The translations under genes were made by a program, and so were the position numbers. Below the pieces are notes generated by a model. The model saw only the letters and a list, made by a program, of their open reading frames with translations, was not told the origin of the DNA and searched no databases. 64,000 bases of DNA from Nitrospirota bacterium (lineage in GTDB: Bacteria; Nitrospirota; Thermodesulfovibrionia; Thermodesulfovibrionales; Dissulfurispiraceae), in contig CAWBMP010000005.1 in assembly GCA_963790025.1 (NCBI GenBank), forward strand, positions 320,001-384,000, in the 5' to 3' direction. Positions 7,466 to 16,333 of this stretch are shown here, piece after piece (positions within the stretch are counted from its first letter, which is position 1; the number at the start of each line of letters is the position of its first letter).

Positions 7466-10051
7466 ATGGACGACAATGGCACGTTATCCCGAAGAGACTT
7501 TCTGAAAGTTGCGGGCGCCACAGGGGTTGCGATTACGCTGACTGGTTTCCCGTTTCGCAATCTGAAGTCAGTAGCTGCATTCGAACGCCATCCCCAGGAA
7601 CAACCAGCGTTTCAAATCACCAAAAAAATTCCACAGGTATGCGCCCGCGCGTGCGAAGTGAATTGTGCTTTCTACGTCGCGGTCGGCACTGATCCCAAGA
7701 CCGGACTTGAAAGGGCCATGACAATTGAGGGTATGCCTCAGGACCCTATTGCGCAGGGCAAGTACTGCATTAAGGCCCTGGGCTATGTCGATTCTCTTTA
7801 CGACCCGGACAGGCTTATGGTCACCCTGAAAAGAACCAACCCGAAGAAAGGCACCGACCACGATCCTGGCTGGGTGACCGTACCTACAGACGATGCGGTG
7901 AAGGACATTATCGAAGTATTTAAAGCACATAAACGCGAAGAGATACTCATCGCTTCGCCCGGTGATCCTGCCACCAACAAACTGTGTCGTTCACTCGGTG
8001 TGACAAGGAGTGACCAGCGGACGGAGTGTTTCGGCACCCACTACTATATTAATTGCCTCACCCTGACGAATCCCCCGAACAAGTATTACTCGAGTACTTA
8101 TACCCCTAGCCATCACGTGCCCGGTTTCGACTATGATCTCGCAAAATACCAGATCTGGTTTGGCTTCGATTCCATCAGCAAATGCGGAAAGGCCGGTCTT
8201 ATTACCCATTGGGTGAAGTGCAGGAAAAACGGGGGGAAGGTTGTCATGTTCAATCCGGTAAGGACACCTATGGCTGATGATTTCGCTGCCGAATATCATC
8301 CGATCAAACCCGGCACCGACCTTGCGGTTGCTCTTGCGATAATAAATGTGATCCTTGCCGGCAAGAAGTATAATGCCGATTTCTTGAAGGATTATACCGA
8401 TGCTCCAGCGCTCGTCGATGAGAAAACAAAGACTGCCATAAAGTCCAAGGACGGGGGCTTTTATGCATGGTGTCAGAACCATAGGCGAGTGGAACCGCTG
8501 GATACCTGCGATGCGCCGTCTGTTGAGGGTGGAAGCTTTGCAGTGTCAATTGATGGCCGACCGGTCCAGGCCAAACCGGTATTCCAACTATTGATCGATG
8601 CCAATAAACAATATACTCCTGAATGGGCTGCACCTCTCAGCGAGGTGCCTGCAGATGTTATTCACAGGATAGCACTGGAACTTGCTGCAGCAGCACCCTA
8701 TGCTATGGTCCCAAGCAACAAGCGTGATGCTGCCGGTCCGAATTATGCGAACAGCTGGAGACTGCGTCACGCAATCAGCGTTATAAACACACTTATAGGT
8801 TCGATCGACCATGAGGGCGGGGTTCTGCTCCTGCATGGCGTAAAGATTCCCTGGTATGAAGATCTCGCCCAGCCTGTGGAACCGTATCCCCCGCTGCCTG
8901 TCATACAGGCAGATTTCAGGCAAGAGTTTCCTGTCACGAACAACATTTACAGGAATAAGGACTTTTCGGCGCCGGGCCATTACGGAATGCTCGGATTCGG
9001 CCTGTTGAATACTGACATAACCAAAGTGGTGTTCTTTCGGAACCCTCATAGGGGACTCTATGCGTTTGTTCAGCCCCAAATGGCTGAAAAGGGTCTCGAA
9101 AAGATGGACCTGGTGGTCGACTGGAACCTCTATCTGGATGATCTTGGCTACTGGTGTGATTATGTGCTTGCAGCTCCACATCAATATGAAGAATCCAAAT
9201 TGGACATACGGTCCTACTATCCGAAATACGCATGTCTTATTGGAGGCGCAGCTATCAGGGCTGAACTTCCCGGTGATCAGATAGGATGGGGCAGCCTTGC
9301 CAAGGCAATAGGTATGGCGCTCGCTCCCAAGTACTGGACGACGGACGGCAGCGGCGATCCGAAGAAAGCAGTTCCGACTAATATTACCGATGTCGCGGTC
9401 AAAGGTGTCGGGGCAGCCGAAAATACCAAAGAGTTTATGAAGAAAGGCGGCTTCTGGATCGACAAGTCACCCTATCAGAACTATAAACAGATAAGAGAAG
9501 TCGGATACGGTACGCAGAGCAATGGACGCGTAAGGATGTATATCGACGAGTTTGCCCGGGTCGGGCATGAGCCGCTGCCGAAATGGGCCCCACGCTGGAC
9601 CTCGCCTGAAGGTGAATTCAAATTTTCTAAGGTGGTTACAAGAGCTCCCTGGATCATGCATGCAGATCCGAACTTCGTCAACAATCCTATTTTAAAAATC
9701 ATGACAGCCAGGAATTACATGGACTGCGTCTGGCTCAACCCTGAAGCTGCAAGGCGGCTGGGGCTCAAGGAGGGTGATGAGGTCATGCTGGAAAATGACC
9801 CAAAATACATGAAGGTCCTCCCCCGTCCGATGAAGGCCAAGCTGCATCTTAGCAAGCGTATTGTAAGGGAAGATTGTGTTCTTATGTTCCACGGTATAGG
9901 ACACAGGGCCAGGAACCTGACCGTCGCAAGGGATTGGGGCTATCGTGATGGCGACCTCACTCCCCAGAAGGACCCCGCGATGAGCAAGAAGCATGATCCT
10001 ACAGGTATGGGCTGGGTCGAAGATGTCTATCTCAGCGTCAGGAAAGCGTAG
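7466..10051 (+). CDS. Tat-exported molybdopterin (bis-MGD) oxidoreductase catalytic subunit, Psr/Phs/Arr-like
   Basis: SRRDFLK twin-arginine signal; FeS motif CARACEVNC...YCIKA; IKPGTDLAVALA; C-terminal WLNPEAARRLGLKEGD dinucleotide-binding domain; AGGAGG before ATG 7466. Confidence 0.9.
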   Translation: MDDNGTLSRRDFLKVAGATGVAITLTGFPFRNLKSVAAFERHPQEQPAFQITKKIPQVCARACEVNCAFYVAVGTDPKTGLERAMTIEGMPQDPIAQGKYCIKALGYVDSLYDPDRLMVTLKRTNPKKGTDHDPGWVTVPTDDAVKDIIEVFKAHKREEILIASPGDPATNKLCRSLGVTRSDQRTECFGTHYYINCLTLTNPPNKYYSSTYTPSHHVPGFDYDLAKYQIWFGFDSISKCGKAGLITHWVKCRKNGGKVVMFNPVRTPMADDFAAEYHPIKPGTDLAVALAIINVILAGKKYNADFLKDYTDAPALVDEKTKTAIKSKDGGFYAWCQNHRRVEPLDTCDAPSVEGGSFAVSIDGRPVQAKPVFQLLIDANKQYTPEWAAPLSEVPADVIHRIALELAAAAPYAMVPSNKRDAAGPNYANSWRLRHAISVINTLIGSIDHEGGVLLLHGVKIPWYEDLAQPVEPYPPLPVIQADFRQEFPVTNNIYRNKDFSAPGHYGMLGFGLLNTDITKVVFFRNPHRGLYAFVQPQMAEKGLEKMDLVVDWNLYLDDLGYWCDYVLAAPHQYEESKLDIRSYYPKYACLIGGAAIRAELPGDQIGWGSLAKAIGMALAPKYWTTDGSGDPKKAVPTNITDVAVKGVGAAENTKEFMKKGGFWIDKSPYQNYKQIREVGYGTQSNGRVRMYIDEFARVGHEPLPKWAPRWTSPEGEFKFSKVVTRAPWIMHADPNFVNNPILKIMTARNYMDCVWLNPEAARRLGLKEGDEVMLENDPKYMKVLPRPMKAKLHLSKRIVREDCVLMFHGIGHRARNLTVARDWGYRDGDLTPQKDPAMSKKHDPTGMGWVEDVYLSVRKA

Positions 10052-10062
10052 GGGAGGGAAAA

Positions 10063-10650
10063 ATGAAAGAATATGCCATTCTGCTTGACACTACTTATTG
10101 CACAGGCTGCAATACATGCGCTTATAAATGCATACAGGAGTTCAGGGACCAGAACCAGGCCGCACGCGGCTTTTTCAGGGCCTTTGTTCAAATGAATGAT
10201 GATGGGATGTATCAGCAAAGGTGCATGCATTGCAAAGACCCTCAATGCGTTAAAGCCTGCTCCACAGGTGCTCTTTCAAAATCGCAGTATGGTCCTGTAT
10301 TGTTCGATGCCGGAAAATGTGCCGGAGACAAAAAATGCGTGGCCGCCTGCCCGTTTCAGGCCATTCAGTTTGATGCTTCTTCGGCAAAGATCGTCAAATG
10401 CAGCATGTGCGCCCATCGGATAAGCCAGGACAAGGAACCGGCGTGCGTAGAGGCATGTCCTTCCGGAGCTTTGCAATTCGGAGAATACAGCAAGCTTGCA
10501 GAAGTCGCAAAGACAACTGCCGCAAGGGACAACCTGAACATATACGGGCTGAAAGAAAACGGCGGTACGCATATGATAGTTCTTCTCAAGGGAAAACCCG
10601 AGGATGTCGGGTACCCGGCTGTAGCAGGGCTTGCCCGGCTCCTGGGCTGA
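10063..10650 (+). CDS. 4Fe-4S dicluster electron-transfer subunit (DmsB/FdnH/HybA-like)
   Basis: CTGCNTCAYKC, CMHCKDPQCVKAC, CAGDKKCVAACP, CSMC...PACVEACP. Confidence 0.92.
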   Translation: MKEYAILLDTTYCTGCNTCAYKCIQEFRDQNQAARGFFRAFVQMNDDGMYQQRCMHCKDPQCVKACSTGALSKSQYGPVLFDAGKCAGDKKCVAACPFQAIQFDASSAKIVKCSMCAHRISQDKEPACVEACPSGALQFGEYSKLAEVAKTTAARDNLNIYGLKENGGTHMIVLLKGKPEDVGYPAVAGLARLLG

Positions 10651-10656
10651 ATTTTA

Positions 10657-10678
10657 AGGGCGGCCTCTCGGCCGCCCT
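10657..10678 (+). terminator. GC-rich hairpin (possible attenuator or mRNA stabiliser)
   Basis: AGGGCGGCC-TCTC-GGCCGCCCT, 9-bp perfect stem with a weak T tail. Confidence 0.45.
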
Positions 10679-10698
10679 ATTCTTGAGGAGGAAAACTG

Positions 10699-11379
10699 AT
10701 GCCCGGATTGGACCAAAAACAGAACTTGGCACAGACAAGACTGACTCTCTATGGCCTGTTCGCCCAAGCTCTCAATTATCCTGACCATGAGCTTATTCAG
10801 CGGCTTTCGAGCGGCGAGTTTGTTGATAGCCTGTGCACTTCCCTGGACACCCTCGGACAGGCACTGCAGGAAAGGGACGTGACTCGACTGAAAAGTGCTT
10901 ACTCTGATAAGTCGCGGGAGGAAGGTGAGCTGCTTCTGGAACTTGAGAAAGAATACACGAGGATATTTTTTGCTTCGAGGCCTCGCCTGGCTTACCTGTT
11001 CGAGTCGGTGTATAACGAGGGCAAACTGTACCAGGATTCGACATTTGAGATCGCCAGGCTTTACCACGATGCGGGGTTGAAACTCGGCGATGATTTCAGG
11101 CTGCCCCCTGACCACATAGCAGTGGAATTTGAATTCCTCTCGTTCCTGTGCTACAAGGAGATGGAAGGGGCCTGCAGTGGCGATGAAGAGGCCCGCGAGT
11201 ATGCTAGAGAATTGCAGGATGAAGTCATTGGAAAGCATCTTGGGCCTTTTGCCATTAACGTGGCCGAAAGACTTGAAAAAAACGCTGGTACTCTTTTTTA
11301 CAGGAGTATAGCTTTCGCAATATTGCGACATTTCGGCGGCACGCAGGGCCCGGATATTAATAATACTTTGCATAGGTAA
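10699..11379 (+). CDS. TorD/DmsD family molybdoenzyme maturation chaperone
   Basis: EYTRIF, ESVY, PPDHIAVEFEFLSFL motifs; follows the Mo-enzyme genes. Confidence 0.9.
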   Translation: MPGLDQKQNLAQTRLTLYGLFAQALNYPDHELIQRLSSGEFVDSLCTSLDTLGQALQERDVTRLKSAYSDKSREEGELLLELEKEYTRIFFASRPRLAYLFESVYNEGKLYQDSTFEIARLYHDAGLKLGDDFRLPPDHIAVEFEFLSFLCYKEMEGACSGDEEAREYARELQDEVIGKHLGPFAINVAERLEKNAGTLFYRSIAFAILRHFGGTQGPDINNTLHR

Positions 11380-11469
11380 TCTGCTCCGTCAAAGGGTGGG
11401 GTTGAGAAGCCGCGTTAACGGCAGACTAGGTTTTAAACGACACAGGGTCCGATTTCGATGAGGTGGATT

Positions 11470-12957
11470 ATGGACAATGAAATGAGCCGCGGGGAGTCAC
11501 TCAAATGTTCGGCGGCGGCGGAGGAAAAACCGGAAAAGAAGCAGTACTGGAAATTCATTGTACCGTTGCTCATAGCGGCAGTCATATGCCTGGTCCCCGT
11601 CCCTCATGGACTGAAACCAAACGCCTGGCATTATTTTGCAGTGTTCTGCGCCGTCATCGGAGCACTGATTCTGGAACCTATCCCTGCAGCCGCAGCGGGA
11701 CTTGTCGGTGTAACCTTTGCCGGAACGTTGCTTATGGTTAATCCAAATCCGGCCGACTCCCTGAAATGGGCGCTTTCCGGTTTCATTAATAGCACGGTAT
11801 GGCTTATCTTTATAGCGTTTATGTTCGCCAAGGGATATGAAAAGACGGGATTGGGGCGCAGGCTTGCCCTTTTTCTTGTGAGATCACTGGGTAAAAAGAC
11901 GCTTGGCCTGGGTTATGCTATAGCGATAGCGGATCTGGTGCTTGCGCCTTTCACTCCGTCCAACACGGCCCGCAGCGGCGGAACGATTTTCCCGGTAATC
12001 AAGAACATCCCTCCACTCTATGATTCTCACCCAGGCGAGACAGCCGGCAGAATAGGCTCGTACCTGATGTGGACGGCGCTTGCCACTACCTGCATAACGA
12101 GTTCCATGTTTCTGACCGGCCTTGCACCAAACGTGCTCGCCATAGAGCTTGTCAAAAAAACGGTATCGGTGAGCATCTCATGGACAGACTGGGTCATAGG
12201 TTTCCTGCCGGTCGGCTTGTTTCTTTTTGCAGTGACCCCCTATCTGATCTATAAGATATACCCGCCGCAGTTGAAAGCCTGCGGCGATGTGTGCCTATGG
12301 GCGGACGAGGAATTATCAAAAATGGGCAGGATAACCCGAAAAGAAGTGATCATGGCCTTCCTTGCCATCGTTGCCCTTACGCTCTGGATTTTCGGCGGCA
12401 ACTGGTTCAAGCTCGATGCCACCATGACGGCACTCATTATTTTGTGCGCCATGATCCTGACGGGAATTATCACATGGGACGACGTCATCGGCAATAAGCA
12501 GGCCTGGAATGTGCTTGTCTGGTTTGCCACTCTCGTAGCTCTGGCCGATGGCCTCAAGCTGGTGAAATTTCTGGACTGGTTCGCTGTTCTCACTGCCGGG
12601 GCCATGAAGGGTATGCCCGTTTTAACGGTGATGCTCCTGTTCGTAGCAATCTTCTTTATTGCCCATTATATGTTTGCCAGCATAACGGCGCACACAGCGG
12701 CACTGCTGCCTGTATTTCTTTCGACGGCCGCGGCCATCCCGGGTATGCCGGTAAAATTACTCGCTTTAATGTTTTGCTTTACCCTCGGGATGATGGGCAT
12801 TATTACTCCATTTGCAACGGGACCGTCACCTATCTATTACGGAAGCGGATATGTGCCACGCAAGGACTTCTGGCGTCTGGGACTAATATTCGGGGCTATT
12901 TACCTTGTTGTCTTTCTTGTCATAGGATATCCTTATTTGGCGTGGATCACAGGCTGA
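11470..12957 (+). CDS. DASS family di/tricarboxylate antiporter (CitT/TtdT-like)
   Basis: GYEKTGLGRRLAL, APFTPSNTARSGG, HYMFASITAH, GPSPIYYGSGY; multi-pass membrane protein. Confidence 0.92.
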   Translation: MDNEMSRGESLKCSAAAEEKPEKKQYWKFIVPLLIAAVICLVPVPHGLKPNAWHYFAVFCAVIGALILEPIPAAAAGLVGVTFAGTLLMVNPNPADSLKWALSGFINSTVWLIFIAFMFAKGYEKTGLGRRLALFLVRSLGKKTLGLGYAIAIADLVLAPFTPSNTARSGGTIFPVIKNIPPLYDSHPGETAGRIGSYLMWTALATTCITSSMFLTGLAPNVLAIELVKKTVSVSISWTDWVIGFLPVGLFLFAVTPYLIYKIYPPQLKACGDVCLWADEELSKMGRITRKEVIMAFLAIVALTLWIFGGNWFKLDATMTALIILCAMILTGIITWDDVIGNKQAWNVLVWFATLVALADGLKLVKFLDWFAVLTAGAMKGMPVLTVMLLFVAIFFIAHYMFASITAHTAALLPVFLSTAAAIPGMPVKLLALMFCFTLGMMGIITPFATGPSPIYYGSGYVPRKDFWRLGLIFGAIYLVVFLVIGYPYLAWITG

Positions 12958-12981
12958 CAACTATGATCAGGAGATCTCATT

Positions 12982-14049
12982 ATGTATAAAATTGCGGTAA
13001 TACCGGGAGACGGCATCGGCAAGGAGGTGGTACCGCAGGGCATACGGGTCCTTGATGTCATTGGGAAACGCTTCGGAATCAGGTTCGAATGGGAGAGTTT
13101 TTCCTGGGGATGCGAATATTATGCGTCAACAGGCTTCATGATGCCAAAAGGAGGGCTCGAAGTTCTTAAAAAATATGATTCAATTTTTTTTGGGGCCGTT
13201 GGCTTTCCCGGCGTTCCGGACCATGTCTCTCTGTGGGGATTGCTTCTTCCTATAAGAAGAGCATTTCGTCAGTATGTAAACCTGCGGCCTGTCAAGCTCC
13301 TAAAGGGTGTAGTCAGTCCGCTGCGGGACGTGAATCCGGGCGATATCGACTTATATGTGGTAAGGGAAAACAATGAAGGGGAATACTCGAACGTTGGTGG
13401 CCGAGTATATGAAGGGACTGAGCAGGAAATGGTCATACAAGAATCTGTTTTCACCCGTAAGGGTGTAGAAAGAATCATTAAATATGCATTCGAGCTTGCA
13501 AAGAAGAGAGATAAGAAACATGTTACTTCAGCGACCAAATCGAATGCGCTCACTCATAGCATGACTTTCTGGGATGAGATATTCCGGAAGATTTCCTCTG
13601 AGTACACAGGAATAAGCGCGGATCAATATCATATTGACAATATTACTACTCTTTTTATACGGCGTCCTCAGATGTTCGATGTAGTTGTCGGCAGCAATCT
13701 GTTTGGCGATATCCTTTCTGATCTTGGGCCCGCTATTGCCGGCAGTCTTGGACTTGCGCCATCAGCCAACCTGAATCCGGAAAGGGAATTCCCCTCGATG
13801 TTTGAGCCGGTCCATGGTTCGGCGCCGGACATTGCCGGGAAAGGAATAGCTAACCCGGTTGCACAGATATGGTCAGGAGCTATGATGCTCGAACATTTAG
13901 GTTATCCGGAGGCAGCTAAAATTGTTGAGAATGCAATAGAAATAGTTATTGCTGAGAAGAAAATAAAAACTCGCGACATCGGAGGTACGGCTTCTACTGA
14001 AGAGATGGGCAAGGCCATTGCGGAAATGGCAGCTACTGCAGTTTCATAG
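12982..14049 (+). CDS. dmlA: tartrate dehydrogenase / D-malate dehydrogenase (decarboxylating)
   Basis: IPGDGIGKEV, VPDHVSLWGLL, RENNEGEYS, TSATKSN, NLFGDILSDL, FEPVHGSAPDIAG. Confidence 0.85.
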   Translation: MYKIAVIPGDGIGKEVVPQGIRVLDVIGKRFGIRFEWESFSWGCEYYASTGFMMPKGGLEVLKKYDSIFFGAVGFPGVPDHVSLWGLLLPIRRAFRQYVNLRPVKLLKGVVSPLRDVNPGDIDLYVVRENNEGEYSNVGGRVYEGTEQEMVIQESVFTRKGVERIIKYAFELAKKRDKKHVTSATKSNALTHSMTFWDEIFRKISSEYTGISADQYHIDNITTLFIRRPQMFDVVVGSNLFGDILSDLGPAIAGSLGLAPSANLNPEREFPSMFEPVHGSAPDIAGKGIANPVAQIWSGAMMLEHLGYPEAAKIVENAIEIVIAEKKIKTRDIGGTASTEEMGKAIAEMAATAVS

Positions 14050-14094
14050 TGGCTTTGCCGAACCGCAATATGCCTAAGTTTAAAGTATAATTTC

Positions 14095-14583
14095 ATGGGA
14101 TTGAATAGGCGCATAAGCAAAACCGGCAAATCGGGAGAGTCTTTTGAAATAGGGATCTGCGATGCCGATGATTTTTCCTCTCTTCGTGAGATGTACCGCA
14201 TTTTTTCACCCAGGCCCGCTTGTCAGGGTCTTCCCCCGGCAGATTTTGAGGTCTGTTGCAACTGGATAAAAAGGCTTTTATCAATAGGGATCAATTTCCT
14301 GGCCTGGAGGAACAACAGGGTGGTCGGCCATGCTGCGCTCGTTCCGGATCCCGACGGAAAATCGGGAGAGTTCGTAATCTTCGTTGACCGGGACTTTAGA
14401 AATATCGGCATCGGGTCCGAGTTGGCAAAACTGGCTATCGAAAAGGCCAGAGAATTGGCTTATCATTCAGTCTGGTTGACAGTCGAGAATTCTAATTTGA
14501 TTGCAATAAAACTTTATAGAAATTTCGGTTTTCAATTTTGCGATGAGGACATCTGTGAGAGGACGATGCTCCTGAAGCTATAA
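14095..14583 (+). CDS. GNAT family N-acetyltransferase
   Basis: FVDRDFRNIGIGSEL acetyl-CoA motif; N..AIKLYRNFGF. Confidence 0.85.
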   Translation: MGLNRRISKTGKSGESFEIGICDADDFSSLREMYRIFSPRPACQGLPPADFEVCCNWIKRLLSIGINFLAWRNNRVVGHAALVPDPDGKSGEFVIFVDRDFRNIGIGSELAKLAIEKARELAYHSVWLTVENSNLIAIKLYRNFGFQFCDEDICERTMLLKL

Positions 14584-14607
14584 AAATCATTTTTGAGCCC
14601 TTTAAAT

Positions 14608-14636
14608 TTGACATCTTCTACGGGATGGGATAATAT
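14608..14636 (+). promoter_or_regulatory. putative sigma70 promoter
   Basis: TTGACA-17 nt-TAATAT. Confidence 0.5.
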
Positions 14637-14770
14637 TTATCGAGATCGGAAAATTCTCAAATTTTGAGTATATGGCGGGGCTCCAGTTGCCCCAATAATG
14701 ACCCTCTGGGCGTGGGATTAGTCCACATATCACAGAATTCGAACTACATGAACGCATGAGGAGGCTTATT

Positions 14771-15058
14771 ATGAAAGAACATGAAGAAGTGGACCATCAG
14801 AAGCACCTGCCACGAGTCGGACAAACGGTAAAAAACAAGAAATACGGCACGTTATGGCGCATAATGGAGAAACGTGAGGTTTGGCAGAATGTTCCTGAAG
14901 ACGATCCGGAAACAGAGGAGCCCCGTACGCTTCCGGGTATTTACTTGTGTTTCTGGCGTGTTCAAGAGGGGACATTGCCGGGCGTCGGAAGACTTATGGG
15001 ATATGTCTACACTGCATACGACAATACATTCGAGGCAAACTGGGAGATTATACAATAG
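14771..15058 (+). CDS. hypothetical protein (95 aa, aromatic-rich)
   Basis: GGAGG RBS before ATG 14771; upstream promoter-like sequence; no recognised family. Confidence 0.7.
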   Translation: MKEHEEVDHQKHLPRVGQTVKNKKYGTLWRIMEKREVWQNVPEDDPETEEPRTLPGIYLCFWRVQEGTLPGVGRLMGYVYTAYDNTFEANWEIIQ

Positions 15059-15118
15059 GGAGGAAATCCCGAAGCGAGATAGCGTCAGCTACCCCTGCCG
15101 GGAATTTACGCATATTGG

Positions 15119-16213
15119 TCAATCCCCGAAGGATATGCCTATCTCACGCGCTGTTTTTATAGTGTCAATATCGGTAGGTACATTTTTGATTTGACCGATA
15201 ACTTCACTGAGCGGGACAGCCGTTACCGCTGGAGGATTGAGAGCAACCATAGTTCCAAACCTCTTTTCCTCTGCCATACGAACCGCGGCAGCACCGAAAC
15301 GCAGGCCCATCAGGCGGTCAAAGGTTGTGGGTGAGCCGCCGCGCTGAAGGTGCCCCAGTACAAGAGAGCGCGTGTCTTTGCCGGTCCTTTGCGCAATTTC
15401 ATTTGCAACGTATTCTCCAACCCCGCCCAGTACCACATCTTGCCGGCCAACTTCGCCTTTGCCCCTGTCAAGGACCCGGCCGCCCAGAGGTGCTGCGCCT
15501 TCCGCAGTAACTACAATTGCATAGTGATGACCGTGCAGCTCAAGTTCACTAATATGGTCGCATATCTTTTCGACATTAAAAGGAATCTCCGGTAGGAGAA
15601 CGACATTGGCCGAACCCGAAAGGCCGCTATGGAGAGCGATCCAACCCGCGTGGCGTCCCATCACCTCCACAACCATCACGCGGTCATGTGACTTGGCAGT
15701 AGAGTGAAGGCGGTCAATGGCCTCAGTAGCTATGTTCACGGCAGTATCGAAACCAAACGTTACGACAGTCTGGCAAATATCGTTATCTATGGTTTTGGGA
15801 ACTCCGATAACCGGCATTCCTTTCTTGTAAAAATTATGCGCGATCTCAAGACTGCCGTCCCCGCCGACCGCAATCAGGCAATCGAAGCGAAGGCGTTTGA
15901 AATTCTCTATCACTTTATCCGACACATCGCGCATCTCCGTCTCGCCTGCCAGGTTGGTAATGGGCATTTTGAAAGGGTTTCCCTTATTGGTGGTCCCGAG
16001 AATAGTCCCTCCCAAGCTGCAGATGTCGTGCACCATGGCTGGCGTCAGGTGTATTATCTCGTCAGTGTTGAGCAAACCTGCATATCCGTTTCTTATGCCA
16101 TAGACCTCCCAATTCCTGCTGTCAGCTCCCATCACAACTGACTTGATAACTGCATTAAGTCCGGGTGCATCTCCGCCGCCGGTACTGATAGCAATTCTCA
16201 TCCCCTTCTCCAT
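15119..16213 (-). CDS. pfkA: 6-phosphofructokinase (group III type, probably ATP-dependent)
   Basis: TGGGDAPGLN, GGDGS, PKTIDND, EVMGRHAG, LGHLQRGG. Confidence 0.92.
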   Translation of the reverse strand: MEKGMRIAISTGGGDAPGLNAVIKSVVMGADSRNWEVYGIRNGYAGLLNTDEIIHLTPAMVHDICSLGGTILGTTNKGNPFKMPITNLAGETEMRDVSDKVIENFKRLRFDCLIAVGGDGSLEIAHNFYKKGMPVIGVPKTIDNDICQTVVTFGFDTAVNIATEAIDRLHSTAKSHDRVMVVEVMGRHAGWIALHSGLSGSANVVLLPEIPFNVEKICDHISELELHGHHYAIVVTAEGAAPLGGRVLDRGKGEVGRQDVVLGGVGEYVANEIAQRTGKDTRSLVLGHLQRGGSPTTFDRLMGLRFGAAAVRMAEEKRFGTMVALNPPAVTAVPLSEVIGQIKNVPTDIDTIKTAREIGISFGD

Positions 16214-16333
16214 AAGGCAATTCCTCCTGTTGCGGTATTCAAGCGAGGGGCTTTCCCCGATAATATAACCGAACTTCGTTTGCTGGTCGTTGACATTATA
16301 CCATATAGCAGAGAGGCGAGAGCGCGGCCTTAC

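Noticed and set aside
14670..14710. Fluoride riboswitch-like TAATGACCC segment
   Set aside because: The 5' conserved GGNRATGR element and pseudoknot partner are absent, and the downstream gene is not fluoride-related.
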